Assembly: GCA_965153285.1 (NCBI GenBank)
Contig: OZ229110.1
Strand: one strand, 5' to 3'
Length of the DNA stretch: 64,000 bases
From: Podarcis tiliguerta
Taxonomy: Eukaryota
Positions 57,801 to 64,000 of the stretch are shown here, in pieces. Within the stretch, counting starts at the first letter, position 1. Every line of letters begins with the position of its first letter. The notes below the pieces were generated by a model. The model searched no databases. It saw only the letters and a list, made by a program, of their open reading frames with translations, and was not told the origin of the DNA. The translations under genes and the position numbers were made by a program.

Positions 57801-60800
57801 GTGTCTACTAATCACTCCTGATCACCCTTGAAGTTTTGTACAAGATTGTATTATTGTTTATACTGATTTGACTTGGGACCAAAGGTCTTGACTTGAACCT
57901 TTTGTCTTCCTTTAAAGCCTGTGCCAACGGCACTGGCTCAGGTTGATCGAGAGAAGATTTATCAGTGGATCAATGAGCTTTCCAGCCCAGAGACTCGTGA
58001 GAATGCACTGTTGGAGCTGAGTAAAAAGCGAGAGTCTGTCCCTGATCTCGCACCAATGTTGTGGCACTCTTTTGGTACAATTGCAGCTCTCTTACAGGTG
58101 GGTAGCATATTACTTTTAACTGAAATAGCTTGCTAGACTCTTGCAAGCAATCTGCTAGATGTCTTTCTGAAAGTCTTGAGATACTGAGGGTTTTGAAATT
58201 CTGTCTCTTGACCTAATAAAATTTTGGGACAATAGAAGATGGCAATGAAGAACTTGAGCCACCCAAGTAAGGACATCTTATTGGGGCATATGTATTTTAG
58301 TTCCTGTCTGATATGTTACAGCTTTTGTAGCTAGTTGTTAGTGTGGGGGCAGAAATTCTATCAAACTGAGACATTAATCAATCACAAGTAATTAGTGGGA
58401 GGATTTTGACTCTGAATATTGGAGTGCTTAAATGTGTGGAAGAATTTTCACACAAATATTTCCTATTTTCTTTCTTTCATAGGAAATTGTAAATATCTAT
58501 CCATCTATAAATCCACCAACTTTGACAGCTCATCAGTCCAACAGAGTCTGCAATGCTCTGGCACTTCTGCAGTGTGTTGCATCGCATCCAGAAACAAGGT
58601 TAATATACTTGGGTGTATTGGATCTCTGGAAAAAATAACTTTTGGTTAGTGTGGTATATGCCCAGACTAGAGAAAATATGCTGCCGCCAAGCCTCTTTAT
58701 CTGCAGGGCTCTGTACGTCAACAGAACTATATTCTCAGTCACATCCACACCATACATTAGAAGCACATGGTATCTGTAACTTGCTGGTTTTTACACTGTT
58801 TTTAGAGTGCATTAGTGACTTGAGCCAACTCAGTGAATAAAACAGTCAAGCAGCCTGTCTTACTGGTCAGTTTGTCAGTAAGAAAACTAGTTTTACAGGC
58901 ATATTTCCTCATATTTCTTCTCTTTCTAAAGGTGAGGTCCTAATTCAGTTCTCTAGCCTTCACAAAGTAACTCTGTGTAAGCAAATATCCAAAAGATACA
59001 TTCTAAAAGCTTTTTTCTTCCTTTGTCTAGGTCAGCCTTCCTTGCTGCTCACATCCCTCTCTTCTTGTATCCCTTCTTGCACACTGTCAGCAAGACTCGA
59101 CCCTTCGAGTACCTACGACTCACAAGTCTTGGAGTAATTGGTAAGTGACTGTGATGCTGGGAATCGTAAGTCCTCATCAGTTTGTAGGTCAGAAAAGAGT
59201 TTTGATCTGATTTGAACTCTTCTGAGACTTAGCCATGCATTGTAAAAGAGGGAATTCTAACATTCCAGAGAAATAGAGAATCATGTAGCAGACTCTCATT
59301 TCTAGAAATAATGTCCATGTTGTTCCTCTTTACTGTTGTTAACATCTGGGATTCTGAGAAGTACACCAGTCCTGGGCCCAATTCAGAGTTATGTATATTT
59401 GTGTTTTTATATTGTAAATCACCCTGTGATCCCCGGATGAATGACAAATTTCCAGTCTCATTCTCCCAAATTACCTTAAGGAAAGATGGAAATAGCAGGG
59501 CTGGGAATCCTAGAACACTGAAGGGATCATTACACATCCTATCTATCCAATCAAATACTGCACACAACTTCAGTGTGCTCATAGATGTAATGGTTAGTAC
59601 TTGCAACTGTGTATTGTAACCTCATGAACCACACCAGAAATTTTTCAGGAAGCTTTATTTGGTGCAGCATGCAACAAGCTGCCTTTTTATTGGCATTGAG
59701 AAGCCACATAGCCAGCCAATGCAGAAACAGCTGCACAGGCTCCTAGCTAGCTGACAGGGCTAGCAGCTCTATAAAGATCATAGCAGCATCTCTTAGGGTG
59801 ATTGAACCCAATGAGTTAAAAAAGTTGAATGTATTATATTCACTGATCTTCATGATTAACTTTGCTGGACAATCCAAAACTTGTAGTTGCCAACCTCCCA
59901 TAACACCCATTCTACCCTGGTAAACCACACACACAGTGCAAGGAGAGTATTCTGGCTTGAGTACCACTGCTTAAAAGCATCCTAGCACCATTGCAGAACA
60001 GTGCCCCTCCCCCATCTGTCTTTTGTGGGTGGAGGACCAGTAAGAAGAGCAGCCAGTTGGATACCACAATTGTAAGATGCGCAGAGCATCTTGCAGCAGT
60101 AACATTCAGCCATGCCACTGTCCAACAACTCGCACCTTTCCTCTGAACCTTGGAGCTGGAGAGAAGGCAGGGATCACAGCACAACTGTCAGAGCAATCTC
60201 TACCCGCCGCTTCAGCTTCACAATGGAAAGCATGACTGGCTGCTTGTCATACTTGTCACAAGGTAGTGCTGTACTTGCCTTGGCAAGCATGACAGATGGA
60301 ATTGTTGTTCTATAGGTAAGAGTGTAAAAGGCTTTAGATATTTCATTGGCTAAAGGAGGAATTTGTGATTGGTGGAGGAAAGGTCAAAAGGCTGCTGCTT
60401 CAATAAAATAATAATCCTTAGTATTTGCTCCTGGGTTCTTGGGAGCTCAACCATGTGCTTATCCAGTAATTTCCCACTTCTTCTGCACTGATTTTCTGTT
60501 AGCCCTGGTTATTTCCTATATGCATGTTTCTGTTAGGCCTTTGCAAAGTTATATGAAGCAGTTTGGGTTTTTTGTTTATATTTCAAAGGGGCCCTGGTGA
60601 AGACAGATGAGCAAGAAGTAATCAACTTCTTACTGACAACGGAAATTATCCCTTTGTGCTTACGCATCATGGAGTCTGGCAGCGAACTTTCCAAAACGGT
60701 ATTGCTTTTAGTGTAATGAAGTGGTTCTACTTTCTTGACTGTTTTCTCTTTACTTTCCAATGCATCATGTTCCTGCATGCAGCAGACTTCTCCATCTGAG

Positions 60801-63155
60801 GTTAGCTGGCTGTTTCTCTCTGAGGAATGATTGCAGATGTACCCACATCAAATTGTCGTGATTGGCTGCCTCTTTCAAAACACTGTTATGAGAGGAAAGC
60901 TGGATAGGACATTTATTCTCTTTTTGTGCAGTTTCTCACCCAAGGTGCTTTTATACCGATTTCTTGCTGCAACTCTGTAGTGCTTTTTCCAGCAATTGTA
61001 TGAAAAGGATCTATTATTGTGTAAGTACCGTCCCAGTATCATTTATTTGAGAAGCCTGCAGGTGGTGCCTGTGTGCTTCTCAAGATCCTTAGCATCTTTT
61101 ATGTCACACTCATGAGTCAGTTTATTCCTAGTCACACCTTTATGCATCTATCACTCTTCATTAGGTTATTAATTTTAGCTAGCCACCAACCTGTCACCAT
61201 TTGTCTGCAAAATTTAAGCAGGTTTCTTCCTCTGGTCAACAGGATCAATAAAATTTTAGTTGCTAGCACCAAGATAGATATTTGCAGTACCTGCCTCCTC
61301 TTGTCAGTGCTATATGAGGTTTTTATTTGGTTTCATAGTGGGCAAAATCTCTTCTCATAGGTCTTCTCTCAACAAGCTCTTTGTCCTCCAGCTTCGCTGA
61401 GTTTTTGGTAATACAACATCCAACCCTAATCCTGCACAGTCTGCAATTCAAGCGTTTTTTCAACCCTATTCTTTTCTGTCTTTCAGGTTGCTACTTTTAT
61501 TCTACAAAAGATCTTATTGGATGATACGGGGTTGGCTTATATCTGTCAGACTTACGAACGATTTTCTCACGTTGCAATGATATTGGTATGTGGCTTTGAT
61601 TATAAAGGGCTTGGTAACTCAGCATTGCTCCTTCATTTAGGGGAGCTAAATGCTCTTTGGTGGAAAGTGTAGTGAATGTAATTTGGATCTTTATAGTAGT
61701 CACGTCTAATCGTAACAACAGGGCCACCTCTTCATACTCCTAATCTCAAGGAAGAAATATGCCAGAGCATTACATAGCAACACAATTCATGGTGTTATGG
61801 CTGTGTGAAAGCACTCCCAATTTTGAGGAGACTGGTTCTCCCAACACCTAAGGAGCAAGTCACTGCTAATGCTTGACAGTGTTTCATGGGGTGAGACATA
61901 TTAGAGACAGAATTAGCTTTCCAGACATTTGCCTTGCTTTTTAGAAGCTTATACTTTACAGTCTAAATTAAACTAGGGTGGGGATGAGGAGTAGCAAAAG
62001 GTAACAAGGGATAAACCTGAACAAATGCTGTTATACATACTTAACCAGCAAATGTCCTTGTTCTAAATTCTCTGTTTTTAAACCAGGGTAAAATGGTCCT
62101 GCAGCTTTCCAAGGAGCCTTCTGCCAGGCTGCTGAAACATGTGGTCCGTTGTTACCTCCGCCTTTCTGATAATCCAAGGTAGACACCTTAGAAGTTTCTT
62201 GGGATCTCTTGATAGGGGTGGGGTGCAGGTTGGTGTTGTGCTGCAGAACCAGGGACAGTTGTACTTTGCAGTGCCAGGGTGGGGGTCCAGCTCCTTCTGT
62301 ATCTCCAGAGCAAATCAAGCATAACCTGACAATTCTTACAATAAATGCCAGGAGCTTAAAGTCCAAGTAGTTTCTTCTGACCGCCTCATCAAGATTCTGA
62401 AGACTGAAGCAAGATCATGTAAGATTATACTTATTTGAGCAAACTTATTTTAGCACCAGAGTCTTCTCACTGTTCAGGAACATGTATTGACAGTAATTAT
62501 GAGAGAGTTTATAATCTTTTCCCCTTCAATCTCTAACTGCAAAAATGTCTGTGTTTATTAAGCCAACCAGCAGTGCTTGACTGCTCTGGATGCCTAACAT
62601 CAGGCAAGTCATTAATCTTCCTTCATAAGTCACATTCTGACTTCATTGATCAGGGTGGAGAAGATGCAGGATAGTGTATGGAGTTGAAGTGACTATCCTG
62701 TGGCCTCCAAATGTCATTGGACTCCAACCTACATCAGTGACAGTTAGCATAGCCAGTGGTCAGGGATGCTGTGAGTTGTAGTCCAGCAAATGTCTGTGGT
62801 GCCACAGTTTAGCCACCCCTGGTATAAAGAACATGGTTGTACCCTGCAGGTATGTGTAGATGCTTCTGATACAAAGTGCTTCTGATACAGCAATTGTAGC
62901 CTTAAGTATTCAAGAGGGGGGCTTGCTCCCCTCTTGTCCATGTGAGTTTATTTGTTGGCCCCCCTCTTTCTTGTCTCCTGATGTAGGGCACGGGAAGCCC
63001 TCAGGCAGTGCCTTCCTGACCAGCTGAAAGACACCACCTTTGCCCAGGTTCTGAAAGACGATACTACCACCAAGCGTTGGCTGGCACAGCTGGTCAAGAA
63101 TCTGCAGGAAGGCCAAGTCACCGACCCCAGGGGCATCCCCCTTCCTCCGCAGTGA
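54427..63155 (+). CDS. CNOT9: CCR4-NOT transcription complex subunit 9 (RQCD1/Rcd1/CAF40), 8 exons, 299 aa
   Basis: Exons 54427-54450, 57918-58097, 58483-58598, 59031-59140, 60589-60698, 61487-61585, 62087-62178, 62987-63155 (sum 900 nt). Translation [47 protein letters not shown]...[19 protein letters not shown]...[11 protein letters not shown] matches vertebrate CNOT9 as I know it. Confidence 0.97.
55210..55752 (+). mobile_element. L1/Tx1-type LINE 3' end (ORF2 C-terminus plus 3'UTR)
   Basis: LLGII...[16 protein letters not shown]...PSIREW...EEW motif, then a GT-rich UTR, AATAAA and an A-tail. Confidence 0.75.
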
Positions 63156-63517
63156 CAGCCAAGGAGGTGGCAGAACCCAGGAGGAAACAGCTCAGGTTTA
63201 CAGAGAGCCAGGAACCAATGACCTCTTCCAGATCCTGTCAGGCATGGTTGGGCAGCTCCTTGGACTGTCAGTAGCTACCTGGACTGCAGGCCCTTTCTAT
63301 AGCAACGTCTCACCATGCCTCTGAGGATTATGACACCAGCAAACACAGTTGGGACAGAGAAGCCCTCTTTTAGGGTGTGGGCTTTGTTGCGATGATCAGT
63401 TGAGTACCAAGCTAGGCAGTGCTGCTACCAATGGCGTATCTACCTTTCTGGTTCAGTGCAGCAGGCTTGGGAAGTATTCCTCAGTTTCTTTGTTATTCAG
63501 TGTTTACATGTAAGTTC

Positions 63518-63523
63518 AATAAA
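63518..63523 (+). terminator. Candidate CNOT9 poly(A) signal
   Basis: AATAAA in the 3'UTR with TGTA immediately upstream. The UTR may extend further. Confidence 0.45.
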
Positions 63524-64000
63524 GGTTGGTCTGATCATTTGACCCTCTTAGGCGTACCTTTTGAGCTGAATCTAGCTCTAAGCAGAGGAGGCCTGTTTCC
63601 CTTTTCCCAACTGGGAATTGCGCTTTCGTAAGAGGAGCCCCACTGATCCTTTAAAAAAAAAAGTTCAGCCTTTGGGGCTGAAGCCCAATCTCGGGGGGAT
63701 TGGGAGAGGGGTGATAACATAGTATATCCACAGGTTCTTAAAGGATTGTTCCTGGTATGTCAGAAGGCAGAGACTTCCTGGACTCCATTCCTTTGGCCAT
63801 GCATTAGAACAGTCCCTGCCTCTGTGACTGTATTTGAACCAGTGTCAAATGTTCTATGGATGATCCTCCACCACCTAGTCAGTAAGTTCCAGAATGCCAC
63901 CAAAACATTCCTTCAGCATTCAAACTGTGCCAGAGGAGAAAGTTGTTGCATGGATGCCATGGCCGGCAAGCCATGTGGCCTTCCACTTTGTAGCAGCCCA

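Noticed and set aside
60000-60315. Coding-looking stretch in CNOT9 intron 4 as a pseudogene or alternative exon
   Set aside because: No recognisable protein in the frames I read and no convincing splice-site pair.

Overview
Vertebrate genomic DNA, not prokaryotic. The repeat content (Sauria SINEs, squamate MITEs, CR1/L2/L1 fragments) points to a squamate reptile, probably a lacertid lizard. The window holds the conserved syntenic block VIL1 (+) / USP37 (-) / CNOT9 (+). I reconstructed all three CDSs by hand with GT-AG junctions and consistent phases. VIL1 has 19 coding exons at 902-20860 (2484 nt, 827 aa). USP37 has 23 coding exons at 50356-26449 (2955 nt, 984 aa). CNOT9/RQCD1 has 8 exons at 54427-63155 (900 nt, 299 aa). 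USP37 and CNOT9 share a bidirectional CpG-island promoter, and VIL1 and USP37 converge tail-to-tail. I found no new gene or novel multi-gene system. The best leads are RNA-level and transposon-derived: a hAT MITE whose target-site duplication copied a VIL1 splice donor; a perfect 34-bp palindrome carrying AATAAA on both strands just before the villin headpiece exons; inverted MITEs flanking an in-frame 1122-nt USP37 exon block; a candidate USP37 poison exon; loss of the CDK2 Ser-Pro site in USP37; uORFs in USP37 and CNOT9; and a CARYYA readthrough context at the CNOT9 stop. These leads are hypotheses, not established functions.
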